Shown here piece after piece: positions 16,435 through 24,715 of a stretch of DNA of 64,000 nucleotides. The position numbers and the translations under genes were made by a program. The stretch covers positions 45,251-109,250 of the IMG/VR virus record IMGVR_UViG_3300050821_003619. One strand, written 5' to 3'. The notes under the pieces were generated by a model. It was given only the letters and a program-made list of their open reading frames with translations, had not been told where the DNA came from and ran no database searches. The DNA is from a virus. How positions within the stretch are numbered: the stretch's first letter is position 1; the number at the start of each line of letters is the position of its first letter.

Positions 16435-17526
16435 TTGGCTTTTGGTAAAAAGAAAGAAAAAGAAGAGATTAAGAAAGAAAAAGTTGAAGCGCCCACAACT
16501 GAAGTAGAAAAGTTTAAGCGTCTCTTCGCCCTGTCTACCCAATTGGACAAGGACTTCAACACAGAAAATACATTGCAACGTATGGACAGCAAGGTTATAG
16601 TTGCTGTACCTAGCATTGCTACAGGTCTTCCAACTTTTGACTATACTGTAATGCAAAGTGGTGGCATTCCTCGTGGTCGAATCATAGAAATATTCGGCCC
16701 AGAATCCGCTGGCAAAACCAGTATCACTTTGCACATTATTGCCGAAGAGCAGCGTAACGGAGGCATAGCAGCCTTCGTTGACGCCGAGCACGCCCTTGAT
16801 CCGTCCTATGCCCGAAAGCTAGGGGTCAATGTCGATAAGCTGCTGATCAGTCAGCCCAGCTACGGCGAGCAGGCTCTAACCATTGTGGAGAGGCTGATTG
16901 AGTCTAAAGCCGTCAGCATAATCGTGGTGGATTCTGCCGCTGCTCTTACACCCAAGGCCGAATTAGAAGGAGAGATGGGAGATAACCATGTAGGGCTGCA
17001 ATCCCGTATGATGTCTCAGGCTATGCGTAAGCTGGCCGGTATCGCCTTCGACAACAAGGTCACAGTAATATTCATTAACCAGATACGCGAGAAGATTGGC
17101 ACCATGTACGGCAATCCAGAGACTACGCCCGGTGGACGTGCTCTAAAGCACTATGCCAGCGTGCGTATCGATGTGCGTCGTAGAGAAGCCATCACTTTGT
17201 CTGGTAGCAAGGAAGACAAAAACATCCTTGGGCACGGTATTAAATTGAAAGCCGTGAAGAACAAAGTGGGTGTACCTTTCCGTGAAACAGAAGTAAAGCT
17301 GTTCTATGAGGATGGGTTTGACAAGATCGACAACTTGATTGAGTTTGCTTCTGACCTAAATCTGTTTGAGAGAGCAGGAGCATGGTACACATATGAGGAG
17401 CAGAGATTTCAGGGCTTAGCCGCTTTGAAAGAAGCTCTGAGTAATGACCCAAAGATCGTTGCATCTATTCAAAATAAAGTTAAAAAGATTGTAGATGCTC
17501 AGGTAGTGGTACCCACAGGAGTATAA
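16435..17526 (+). CDS. recA: RecA recombinase
   Basis: GGIPRGRIIEIFGPESAGKT, AFVDAEHALDP, VVDSAAAL, IFINQIREKIG, PGGRALKHYASVR, VKNKV. Confidence 0.97.
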   Translation: MAFGKKKEKEEIKKEKVEAPTTEVEKFKRLFALSTQLDKDFNTENTLQRMDSKVIVAVPSIATGLPTFDYTVMQSGGIPRGRIIEIFGPESAGKTSITLHIIAEEQRNGGIAAFVDAEHALDPSYARKLGVNVDKLLISQPSYGEQALTIVERLIESKAVSIIVVDSAAALTPKAELEGEMGDNHVGLQSRMMSQAMRKLAGIAFDNKVTVIFINQIREKIGTMYGNPETTPGGRALKHYASVRIDVRRREAITLSGSKEDKNILGHGIKLKAVKNKVGVPFRETEVKLFYEDGFDKIDNLIEFASDLNLFERAGAWYTYEEQRFQGLAALKEALSNDPKIVASIQNKVKKIVDAQVVVPTGV

Positions 17527-18047
17527 TGAAGAAGAAGCTCTGGATACAAACCTATTCGGGGCTGAGGTTTGATTATAGCAACATCAAGGGCAATAGAATC
17601 GTTATAGAGGATATTGCCCACTCTTTATCAAACATCGCCCGATTCACAGGCCACACAGATTTCTACTCAGTGGCTCAGCACTCGATATACGTATCACAAA
17701 ACGTTCCACCAGAGGATGCTCTTTGGGGCCTGCTGCACGATGCTTCAGAAGCGTACGCCGGGGATGTCAATAAACCGCTAAAGAATAAGCTGGGGGACAG
17801 CTATAGGGATATAGAAGGTAAGATTCACCGATTAGTAGCCAAGACCTTTAAACTTAAGGGCAGCATACCTATGTCAGTTCATCTTGCTGACCTTAGGCTG
17901 CTGCTTACAGAGAAAAGAGACCTGTTTCGAGATCAGATACCGTGGGATGGATATGTAGGACTAGAGCCGTTCGCATTCAAGATTAAACCGTGGTCTCCAA
18001 AAGTGGCAAAGAAGAAATTCTTAGAAAAATTCAAATACCTGTACTAG
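17526..18047 (+). CDS. HD-domain phosphohydrolase (YfbR/YfdR-like 5'-deoxynucleotidase)
   Basis: IEDIAHSLSNIARFTGH..YSVAQHS...LLHDASEAY.GD...AD. Confidence 0.9.
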   Translation: MKKKLWIQTYSGLRFDYSNIKGNRIVIEDIAHSLSNIARFTGHTDFYSVAQHSIYVSQNVPPEDALWGLLHDASEAYAGDVNKPLKNKLGDSYRDIEGKIHRLVAKTFKLKGSIPMSVHLADLRLLLTEKRDLFRDQIPWDGYVGLEPFAFKIKPWSPKVAKKKFLEKFKYLY

Positions 18048-18060
18048 GAGAAAGTAATGT

Positions 18061-18447
18061 ATGCCGGACAATTCGAACCAGAGTGGGAAGAGCAATACAA
18101 CTCAGCAGAGCCAATTGACGCACTCAAATACCTTTTCTACCTCATCACAAGGAAAGCGGAAGAGAAAGCGCAACCGAGGAAAAAGAAATCCGGCACTGGC
18201 ACCAAAAAAGTTTCAAGCTCCAGTAAAAGAGTACGTAAGCAAGTGCTGCTCAGTAGCAGCGAAGAAACCGAGAACAGGAACTTCGACTGGAACGCGCTCC
18301 GAAGGATCAGGAAAGAAAGTAACTATTGACCCTACGCAAGTGAAAGGTCTTAGTGGCTGGCGTTGTGGTGCTTGCGGGAAAGCGTGTAAGGTGACGCCTC
18401 AGGCTCCAAAGCCAAAGGAGGATGCACCGGTTGAAACACACGTTTAG
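18061..18447 (+). CDS. Basic Zn-binding hypothetical protein
   Basis: SKCC...WRCGACGKAC; overlapped by alternative ORF 18057-18329. Confidence 0.6.
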   Translation: MPDNSNQSGKSNTTQQSQLTHSNTFSTSSQGKRKRKRNRGKRNPALAPKKFQAPVKEYVSKCCSVAAKKPRTGTSTGTRSEGSGKKVTIDPTQVKGLSGWRCGACGKACKVTPQAPKPKEDAPVETHV

Positions 18448-18589
18448 GGGCTACATACTGTTTGTTTTTGGTTACATTTTCTTAGCCATTGCACATCGGT
18501 CCCCCAAACCGGAGTTATTTGCCGTTGCCATGTTTCTCTTTATTGTCGCTCTGGTTATGTTTGTTTACAGCATAGTGAGGAATCAATGA
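18431..18589 (+). CDS. Small 2-TM membrane protein (52 aa, not in ORF track)
   Basis: AGGAGG SD, TTG start; MKHTFRGYILFVFGYIFLAIA...FAVAMFLFIVALVMFVYSIV; ATGA overlap. Confidence 0.55.
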   Translation: MKHTFRGYILFVFGYIFLAIAHRSPKPELFAVAMFLFIVALVMFVYSIVRNQ

Positions 18590-18996
18590 AAAAGTTTTTA
18601 TTGCTAACCGTGCTTCTGTTAACGGGACTTACGGAGGCTGCTATACCGAAGCACGGTTCGAATTCATTGGGGGTAGTGATATCACAAGAGAACCCGTTTA
18701 CCTACCGTGCAGGATCAGTCATAACCGTATTTGATGTAGAAGAAGGTAAAGGGTACGTCATACGTATTCAGCCTTACAAAACCTATCTGTCATTCTTTGA
18801 AGACATTTTGGTTTGTGGGGAACATATTGATGCTGGTGGGCAGATCAGTGACGCCATAGATATGTTCGATCAGAAGCAGAACCCTCTTATGCTGGTGTAC
18901 CGTATCCGAGCATCACGCACCGTTGAAGGTGTAGGTTGCCACGAGTTGGTTGGGGTCAACGAGATTAAGGTTAAAAAGGACGACAAATGGAAGTAA
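18586..18996 (+). CDS. Secreted hypothetical protein
   Basis: Signal MKKFLLLTVLLLTGLTEA; two Cys. Confidence 0.7.
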   Translation: MKKFLLLTVLLLTGLTEAAIPKHGSNSLGVVISQENPFTYRAGSVITVFDVEEGKGYVIRIQPYKTYLSFFEDILVCGEHIDAGGQISDAIDMFDQKQNPLMLVYRIRASRTVEGVGCHELVGVNEIKVKKDDKWK

Positions 18997-19391
18997 AGAT
19001 TAAAGTACAGAGAAGTAAACCCACAGGCAAAAGTACTCCCGGCACCATGTCTCTCAATGGAGTTTTCGAATGCTTTACCATGGAGCCTGATCCGGTTACA
19101 CCAGCTATTGCCGGTCACCCTTCAATTCCTGCCGGTGTATATCCTGTGCAGCTAACCAAATCCCCGCATTTAGGTTACATTACTCCAGAACTACTGGCTG
19201 TTCCGGGGCGCTCAGCTATTCGCATTCATATCGCAAACTACCCTACTGAGCTTGAAGGATGCACAGCGGTAGGACAATCACAGGAGCAGGATTTTGTTGG
19301 GTTCAGCAAGAACGCATTCGAGGCGTTGATGCAAAAACTAACGAGCCTGCAGGTAACCACAATTACGGCAGAGTATGTGGATGCTGAGTAA
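18987..19391 (+). CDS. DUF5675-family protein (L,D-transpeptidase-like putative peptidoglycan peptidase)
   Basis: T.GTM..NG.FECFTME...IPAG.Y...VPGRSAIRIH.AN...LEGC.AVG. Confidence 0.85.
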   Translation: MEVKIKVQRSKPTGKSTPGTMSLNGVFECFTMEPDPVTPAIAGHPSIPAGVYPVQLTKSPHLGYITPELLAVPGRSAIRIHIANYPTELEGCTAVGQSQEQDFVGFSKNAFEALMQKLTSLQVTTITAEYVDAE

Positions 19392-19536
19392 AATAAACTA
19401 CGGAGAATGGCTAGGATGGGCTGGTGCATTTTTGTCTCTAGGGTCATCAATTGGATACGCGGTGGTTGGAGACAAACGGCGAGCGATATACTACGCTCTG
19501 GCTTTTGGAATCAGCGCTACCGTCCTGTGGAGGTAG
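19381..19536 (+). CDS. Small 2-TM membrane protein (51 aa, not in ORF track)
   Basis: MLSKINYGEWLGWAGAFLSLGSSIGYAVVGDKRRAIYYALAFGISATVLWR. Confidence 0.55.
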   Translation: MLSKINYGEWLGWAGAFLSLGSSIGYAVVGDKRRAIYYALAFGISATVLWR

Positions 19537-19544
19537 GTGGAACA

Positions 19545-19793
19545 TTGAAGATAGTCTCAATGAACGATGTTGGAACACGAATGCAGCATCTTGCCGATTT
19601 GCATGAGCTTTGGACAGACGGCGTAGGTATACTATCTCAGTCAGCATATAAGACTGAATTCAACGATAACCTTGTGGAAGAGTTACACATCTGCATCAAG
19701 CATCTAGAAAACCACATGACAAAAGATTACATACAGAGCGATTACGCTGCGGAGATTAACAAGATCGGAACTACACCACCACCAGAAGAATAA
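19545..19793 (+). CDS. Hypothetical protein
   Basis: TTG at 19545 after AGGTGG; 3' part of track ORF 19407-19793. Confidence 0.5.
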   Translation: MKIVSMNDVGTRMQHLADLHELWTDGVGILSQSAYKTEFNDNLVEELHICIKHLENHMTKDYIQSDYAAEINKIGTTPPPEE

Positions 19794-19849
19794 AAATAGC
19801 AGTAAAACAAGTGCGCCTTGCTAGCGTACAAAAACACGAAGGAGAATAC

Positions 19850-20449
19850 ATGAAAAGCTTAGTAAAAATGATTGTGCTTGCTGCAATCATCTCATTAAGT
19901 GGTTCGTGCTTTGCCCAGTGCAATGTACGGTGTCAGGCCGCTTTTAAATTTGTTGTGTCCCATGAAGATCGTAACTTAACCGGCGTAGTTAGCCCAGAAC
20001 CATTCGGGGGAGTAGCCCGTTTTGGTGTCAATAGCCACGCGCACCCAGAAGCAATCCGTGCAGGGTTTTACCGTATGAGCAAATTGCGAGCCCTGCGCTA
20101 TGCACAGAACCTGTTCTATAAGCAGTACTGGTCAAAGATGGATTGCGATCAGATTCAGGATTACCACTTGGCATATCGTGTAGCAGACCTTGCTTATAAT
20201 CTTGGACCAATACGTGCTACAATACTTCTACAGCGTGCACTGAATGAGCTAGGATCAAACCTTGTCACTAAAGGATACCTTGGACAAGACACTATAGACG
20301 CTCTGTCAAATCAGCCCTCTTCAGCGGTGAATGTGTTGTTAAAGGTGCAAGCTGTGGGATTCTATTCAAGATTGGCCCGTAAACATACAGTAATGCGTGC
20401 ATGGAAAGCAGTATGGATGGCTAGATTAGCAGAGACTGAGGAGGTATAA
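19850..20449 (+). CDS. GH108-like lysozyme with signal peptide and PG-binding domain
   Basis: AGGAG SD; signal peptide; HE...GG..RFGV...YKQYW...DLAYNLG..RA..LQRALN...GYLGQDT. Confidence 0.8.
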   Translation: MKSLVKMIVLAAIISLSGSCFAQCNVRCQAAFKFVVSHEDRNLTGVVSPEPFGGVARFGVNSHAHPEAIRAGFYRMSKLRALRYAQNLFYKQYWSKMDCDQIQDYHLAYRVADLAYNLGPIRATILLQRALNELGSNLVTKGYLGQDTIDALSNQPSSAVNVLLKVQAVGFYSRLARKHTVMRAWKAVWMARLAETEEV

Positions 20450-20453
20450 AACT

Positions 20454-21056
20454 ATGACTGACACGGCGGAGTATTACCGCATAGAGGCTCTCAAGAAACA
20501 GTTGGCCGAGGGGCACACTCTCCCGCCTCAGGCTCCGCCAGCGCCGAGCCAATATGAGGTAGACCTTTGTTTGCGTGAGGGACACGCTGCCCATGAAGGC
20601 GTGTGTCGAAATGAAGGCTGCTATTGCACTGGACACGAACCCGCCGCCACGCCAGCAGTTCCTCGGAGCGCCGAGCCTGAGGCTGAGCCAGTTAAATCAT
20701 TCCACAATACGCCGGATTACATTAATGGTCAGAGGTCTATTTTCAGGTTCACAGCGCGATGTTTACAAGAAATTCCACAACAAAATTCCGAAGGCTGGAA
20801 TCGCTACGATACCGATACGGAGCACGTGTTACACGTATGGGCTGCTGGAAAATCCTATGATATTCGCGCTCCAAGGGTAGAATTTTTGCCGTTTGTTGAA
20901 CTTCGCTATGGCGTCTTGTGGGACATAAAAGACGAACCCGCCGCTACGCCAGCAGTTCCTCGGTCCTCACGTTTGGAACTCGCGGAGCAGAAGTTGGCCG
21001 AACAAGGAATCATTTGGGAGGAAGGGAAAGGGTATGTATTCAATGGAAAAGACTGA
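20454..21056 (+). CDS. Mosaic hypothetical protein with duplicated EPAATPAVPRS linker
   Basis: GAGGAGG SD; internal direct repeat. Confidence 0.65.
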   Translation: MTDTAEYYRIEALKKQLAEGHTLPPQAPPAPSQYEVDLCLREGHAAHEGVCRNEGCYCTGHEPAATPAVPRSAEPEAEPVKSFHNTPDYINGQRSIFRFTARCLQEIPQQNSEGWNRYDTDTEHVLHVWAAGKSYDIRAPRVEFLPFVELRYGVLWDIKDEPAATPAVPRSSRLELAEQKLAEQGIIWEEGKGYVFNGKD

Positions 21057-21078
21057 GCGAGCGCCAGCAGTTCCTCGG
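20635..21078 (+). repeat. Direct repeats: 32 bp (1 mismatch) at 20635-20666 and 20932-20963; 17-bp core CGCCAGCAGTTCCTCGG also at 21062-21078
   Basis: Read directly from the sequence. Confidence 0.9.
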
Positions 21079-21423
21079 GACGCCGCGCGTTGGGAATTTA
21101 ACGGCTGCGGTGAGATATTTCGTAACGGGCAGAAGGTGGCGGTATGTTCTCGATCGATTGGCGGAAATCAGGAAGTATGCAGATTTATCGTGCGGGCCTG
21201 TAGCGATGACGCCACACTCCGCGAGCAGCTTGTCGCCGCACAGAAAGAGATCGAGCGGAAAGGAATTGCGTTGCGGCAACTAGTTGAAAAGCTCGACCAG
21301 ATGGAAAAGCCATTAATGGACCTGTGCATATTGAATCACACGCACGGAAGGCCATACACGGGGCCAAACTGGGCCGAAGAAATGAAGCTGGCCCGCGTCG
21401 CTCTCGCTCAGGAGAAGAAATGA
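21034..21423 (+). CDS. Hypothetical protein
   Basis: Carries the third repeat copy (PAVPR); C-terminal coiled coil. Confidence 0.65.
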   Translation: MYSMEKTERAPAVPRDAARWEFNGCGEIFRNGQKVAVCSRSIGGNQEVCRFIVRACSDDATLREQLVAAQKEIERKGIALRQLVEKLDQMEKPLMDLCILNHTHGRPYTGPNWAEEMKLARVALAQEKK

Positions 21424-21830
21424 AACTATTTAAACGTATGAGAGACGGGGGACCTGAATCCCCTGTCATTGGTTACTTCCTAATAGAAATTAAATCTCTG
21501 TTCTCAATTGTTCTGCTGCACTTCGGCGGGACCAGAGAGAACTTCCACAGCCACGCTTTCAATGCTGTAACGTTCTGGCTCAAAGGGCGTGTGCAAGAAA
21601 AAATAGTCTCCGCTTTGGGTAAAGAATATGGGCACGCTTGGACAGCAGGAAACTTGAAGTACACACCTCGTGGACTAATGCACAAGGTGGTTCCTATAAC
21701 CGACGCTTGGGCTATTTCATTTCGAGGGCCTTGGTCTAAGACGTGGCAGGAGTTCTCACCTACAGAGAATAAAACCACCACTCTTACGCATGGCCGTAAG
21801 GTGGTAGAGATTGAATATTTCGTAAAATAA
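21420..21830 (+). CDS. Cupin-like hypothetical protein
   Basis: AGGAG SD, ATG at 21420; FHSHAF...KG.V.E...HKV...FRGP. Confidence 0.7.
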   Translation: MKLFKRMRDGGPESPVIGYFLIEIKSLFSIVLLHFGGTRENFHSHAFNAVTFWLKGRVQEKIVSALGKEYGHAWTAGNLKYTPRGLMHKVVPITDAWAISFRGPWSKTWQEFSPTENKTTTLTHGRKVVEIEYFVK

Positions 21831-21831
21831 A

Positions 21832-21888
21832 CAAAAAAAATAGCCCCTGTAGACCTCCGATTTGGAGAAATCTACAGGGGCTTTTCTT
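21832..21888. terminator. Bidirectional intrinsic terminator between the convergent arms
   Basis: A8-T-AGCCCCTGTAGA...TCTACAGGGGCT-TTTCTT. Confidence 0.9.
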
Positions 21889-22027
21889 ATTTGGTATGTG
21901 CAACGTCTGCTGCTTTGAAAGGACCGCAACCCTTTGTACGACAAAGAGGCATTGGATCACTTCCATCAGCAAACATATTCATTGGCACCATAGCCAACAT
22001 TAACAACAGGATTAAACGTACTTTCAT
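21887..22027 (-). CDS. Secreted peptide 2 (46 aa, not in ORF track): MKVRLILLLMLAMVPMNMFA/DGSDPMPLCRTKGCGPFKAADVAHTK
   Basis: GGAGGA SD; ATG directly follows the upstream TAA; Sec signal ending M-F-A. Confidence 0.75.
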   Translation of the reverse strand: MKVRLILLLMLAMVPMNMFADGSDPMPLCRTKGCGPFKAADVAHTK

Positions 22028-22198
22028 TTAGCTTCCTCCACAATGTACTGGACCAGTTAAACTGCAGCACTTTTTAGAAGGCTCACAAAGAGGCAACGGG
22101 CCACCATCTTTGCGAACGTGAGAAGCACTGATTGCAGCCTGAGCGATACCGCAGCCTAGGACGCCGAACAGCACGTACAACATCAGTTCTTTCTTCAT
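22028..22198 (-). CDS. Secreted peptide 1 (56 aa, not in ORF track): MKKELMLYVLFGVLGCGIAQAAISASHVRKDGGPLPLCEPSKKCCSLTGPVHCGGS
   Basis: Signal-like N-terminus; DGGPLPLCx5CCSL motif shared with 14990-16387. Confidence 0.75.
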   Translation of the reverse strand: MKKELMLYVLFGVLGCGIAQAAISASHVRKDGGPLPLCEPSKKCCSLTGPVHCGGS

Positions 22199-22239
22199 GT
22201 TTTACTTCTTTCTCTCTGCATCGTTACCACAGAGGCCGT

Positions 22240-22998
22240 CTACAATACACCAGAACCGATCAAAATGCCAATAGCTAATACTGGGGGAGCAATTTTAGCC
22301 ACAGTCTTCGCCCCGGATATAAAGCGTTGCCATCTGGACGGCTTGACCACCCGCTTGTAATCAGCAATAGTCTTGTTGGCACCGGTTAAAGTGTCCTTGC
22401 ATTGATTTAAGTCGTTGGTAAGACTAGAGATATTGCCATTTTGTAGGTCAACGATCTGCTTCTCATCCTGAAAATTGGCCGTTTCGGTGTCTAACTGTAC
22501 CTTTGTAATAGCCACTTTTTGGGCCTGAGGCGTTGTCAGAGCGATAGTTGAGTCAGGGGAGGCAGTTACTGGCCCAAAGGCTGGGTCAGAGGCGTATAAC
22601 GCATCTAATGCGTTTTTGACCTGAATAACCGAAGCATTGGGCTGTAAACCGGTCTGAACTACCGGTGGAGGGGGAGCCGTAGCTCTACGGGCCACCTGAG
22701 CTTCAAGGTCGGCTATTTTAGCGTTAGCCTGCTGACGCTCTGCTGAATCCTGAGCTAGCTGCTGCCTAAAGGCGTCTAGTTGTGCCGTATATGCGGCTTG
22801 TTGAGTCTGTGCCTTGTCGAGCAAGGTGTTGAAGCCTTTGAGGGCCATGTAGCCACCGGCACATGCCATGCCGATGACCAGAACAAGAACTGCGAGCACG
22901 CCATAGGACAAAGTTAAAGTTCTATGAGCCAAGCTCGCAAATTCTCCGTGAAGGTCACTCAGTAGTTGGCTACTGCTTACTTGTGTTGGTTCCGCCAT
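22240..22998 (-). CDS. Spanin-like membrane-anchored coiled-coil protein
   Basis: N-terminal TM, Q/A-rich coiled coils, Pro hinge, hydrophobic C-terminus. Confidence 0.55.
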   Translation of the reverse strand: MAEPTQVSSSQLLSDLHGEFASLAHRTLTLSYGVLAVLVLVIGMACAGGYMALKGFNTLLDKAQTQQAAYTAQLDAFRQQLAQDSAERQQANAKIADLEAQVARRATAPPPPVVQTGLQPNASVIQVKNALDALYASDPAFGPVTASPDSTIALTTPQAQKVAITKVQLDTETANFQDEKQIVDLQNGNISSLTNDLNQCKDTLTGANKTIADYKRVVKPSRWQRFISGAKTVAKIAPPVLAIGILIGSGVL

Positions 22999-23692
22999 CT
23001 TGAGTCTCCGATGGATTAAAAGTACGTGCTACGTCTAAAGTTTTTTGTGTGAAATTAAGAATAAACCCTGCGGACTGGTGAACATTACGATGCCAGAACC
23101 ATAGAAACTTTTCTACTGATTCGGTTCTGTACGTCATCACAGCTACAATCTGATTTTGAGAGTTGTATACCGCCGAACCACTGTCACCTGCTATTGATAG
23201 AATAGTGTAGTAGCCAAGATGGGCATCCTGATCAACATCACTTACTGGGTCACCCTCTAGAAATTTTCCTTGCTTTAATGTGCAGGGAAAACCTCCTCCA
23301 CCACAACCGTAAATATACACTGCTTCTCCAGCAGATAAATCTTTGGGGTCAGCCTGTACAACAGCTAGGTTTCTAAACGGTGCTTCTGCTAGAACAACGA
23401 TCATATGGTCTCGACCGTCGCCTGTAGCAGCGATTACTTGGTATTTATGAACTGAAAAATCAATAGTAATATGATCAGCTATACGGTCATCTTCTGCACA
23501 ATGGCTGGCTGTGAGAAAAGCAGCCGGTCCAATAGCGGTTGCTGTACAGGAGTCTACTGGTTCACCGTCTTTATCTAAAAATGAAATAAGATGTGAGGCT
23601 CTTTGCTGAGCGGTTACGGGCGTATTCTTGGTACATCCGAGGGAGAAGAGAAGGGCCACCGACAATAACGCAGTGGCGATGCGCTGGTGCAT
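22970..23692 (-). CDS. Lipoprotein trypsin-like serine protease (S1)
   Basis: Lipobox SLGC; CTAT...FLTASHC; D; GDSGSAV. Confidence 0.88.
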   Translation of the reverse strand: MHQRIATALLSVALLFSLGCTKNTPVTAQQRASHLISFLDKDGEPVDSCTATAIGPAAFLTASHCAEDDRIADHITIDFSVHKYQVIAATGDGRDHMIVVLAEAPFRNLAVVQADPKDLSAGEAVYIYGCGGGGFPCTLKQGKFLEGDPVSDVDQDAHLGYYTILSIAGDSGSAVYNSQNQIVAVMTYRTESVEKFLWFWHRNVHQSAGFILNFTQKTLDVARTFNPSETQDGGTNTSKQ

Positions 23693-23759
23693 TGGAGTTT
23701 CCTACAGGGCACATATTAAACTGGTACTCATTTTGAGCACCCCTGTTCCAGTTTGCAAC

Positions 23760-23801
23760 AAAAATGCCCACCCAGTTTCCTGAACTGTGGGTGGGCGTAT
23801 T
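23760..23801 (-). terminator. Intrinsic terminator after the dNMP kinase
   Basis: Minus strand ACGCCCACCCA...GGGTGGGCAT-TTTT. Confidence 0.75.
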
Positions 23802-23828
23802 GGCAGGCTATTTTTTTATGGACGTTTC

Positions 23829-24551
23829 TCAGGATGCCAAGCTATCAAATAACTTTACAGCTTTTGCTTTGAATTCTTCCAACGTAGAGTAGTTCTTCAA
23901 AATAGCTCCCCAGTCCCAATCGGGAACATCGGCCAGAGCTAATTCTGAAGCATGGACTCCAGCACTACCACTAAGAGAAGGCAGATTATTGCGATCCACC
24001 CTGATAGAGTACCCATGTTTTTCTACGAACTCCTTCTCATTGGGAAAACGCATATCAGAAATCAGAGCTACTTGCGGTTGCTCTTTAGAGATAATCTCAG
24101 CCAAACGATCTACCCAATAATTTGGATTAACATTGCGGCGGAATTCTGTGCCCCACCATTGCAAGAGTGTACGTTGTTTACCTAGAGGACACAATGGGTC
24201 ATCCATCGGTGCATCCGGTTCAAATACCACCCACTCTGGCAGCTTAATGAAGTTGCCGTTCTCTTGGTAGAATTCCATCTCTGGATTACACAAGCGATCC
24301 ATACCACCAGCATTAAGCGCAGCAGCAGTGACTTCTTCTTTGAGTGCGCGAGCGAATGAGTATGCTCGCGCATCGTAGAATGGACCTTTGTAATCACTTG
24401 AGAGATGGCCGGGATATTGACTTCCCCTGCGTTCAACTATAGTAGCTACGGCAGTGTCTTTACCTGAGCGAGCCCTATGTCCGAACCCGAGGATCAATGA
24501 CTTAATCTCTGGTTCAACCTTGGCTTTGGGGCGAAGGGGTTCAGGAAGCAT
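23829..24551 (-). CDS. Deoxynucleoside monophosphate kinase (T4 gp1-like)
   Basis: ILGFGHRARSGKDT, SFARALK, RTLLQWWGTE.RR, ISDMRFPNE, HASE. Confidence 0.9.
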   Translation of the reverse strand: MLPEPLRPKAKVEPEIKSLILGFGHRARSGKDTAVATIVERRGSQYPGHLSSDYKGPFYDARAYSFARALKEEVTAAALNAGGMDRLCNPEMEFYQENGNFIKLPEWVVFEPDAPMDDPLCPLGKQRTLLQWWGTEFRRNVNPNYWVDRLAEIISKEQPQVALISDMRFPNEKEFVEKHGYSIRVDRNNLPSLSGSAGVHASELALADVPDWDWGAILKNYSTLEEFKAKAVKLFDSLAS

Positions 24552-24715
24552 TATTGCTTTCTCCCTGAGCGTTGTTTACGCAGTGACACCTCAGCTTCTT
24601 CTTTGGTCAATCCATGGTTACCGGCACGAAACAACGTTACGCCGGGGATAACAACTTCTCCGACACCGTAGGTACCGTCTGCATACTGACGAAAAACCAG
24701 TTCTACCTGAGTCAT
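24551..24715 (-). CDS. Small hypothetical protein (54 aa, not in ORF track)
   Basis: AGGAG SD; MTQVELVFRQYADG...; ATGA and TAATG overlaps. Confidence 0.55.
   Translation of the reverse strand: MTQVELVFRQYADGTYGVGEVVIPGVTLFRAGNHGLTKEEAEVSLRKQRSGRKQ

Noticed and set aside
17526-18047. DatZ-like dATPase implying a Z-base (2-aminoadenine) genome
   Set aside because: No PurZ or MazZ in the window; motifs fit the common YfbR/YfdR-type HD hydrolase
3091-19852. Exact 13-mer AGGAGAATACATG at 3091, 9529 and 19840
   Set aside because: Largely explained by SD plus ATG; only 5 free spacer bases, and variants occur at other genes
20635-21078. CRISPR mini-array
   Set aside because: Only 2-3 copies, spacers long and unequal, repeats in-frame within coding sequence, no cas genes
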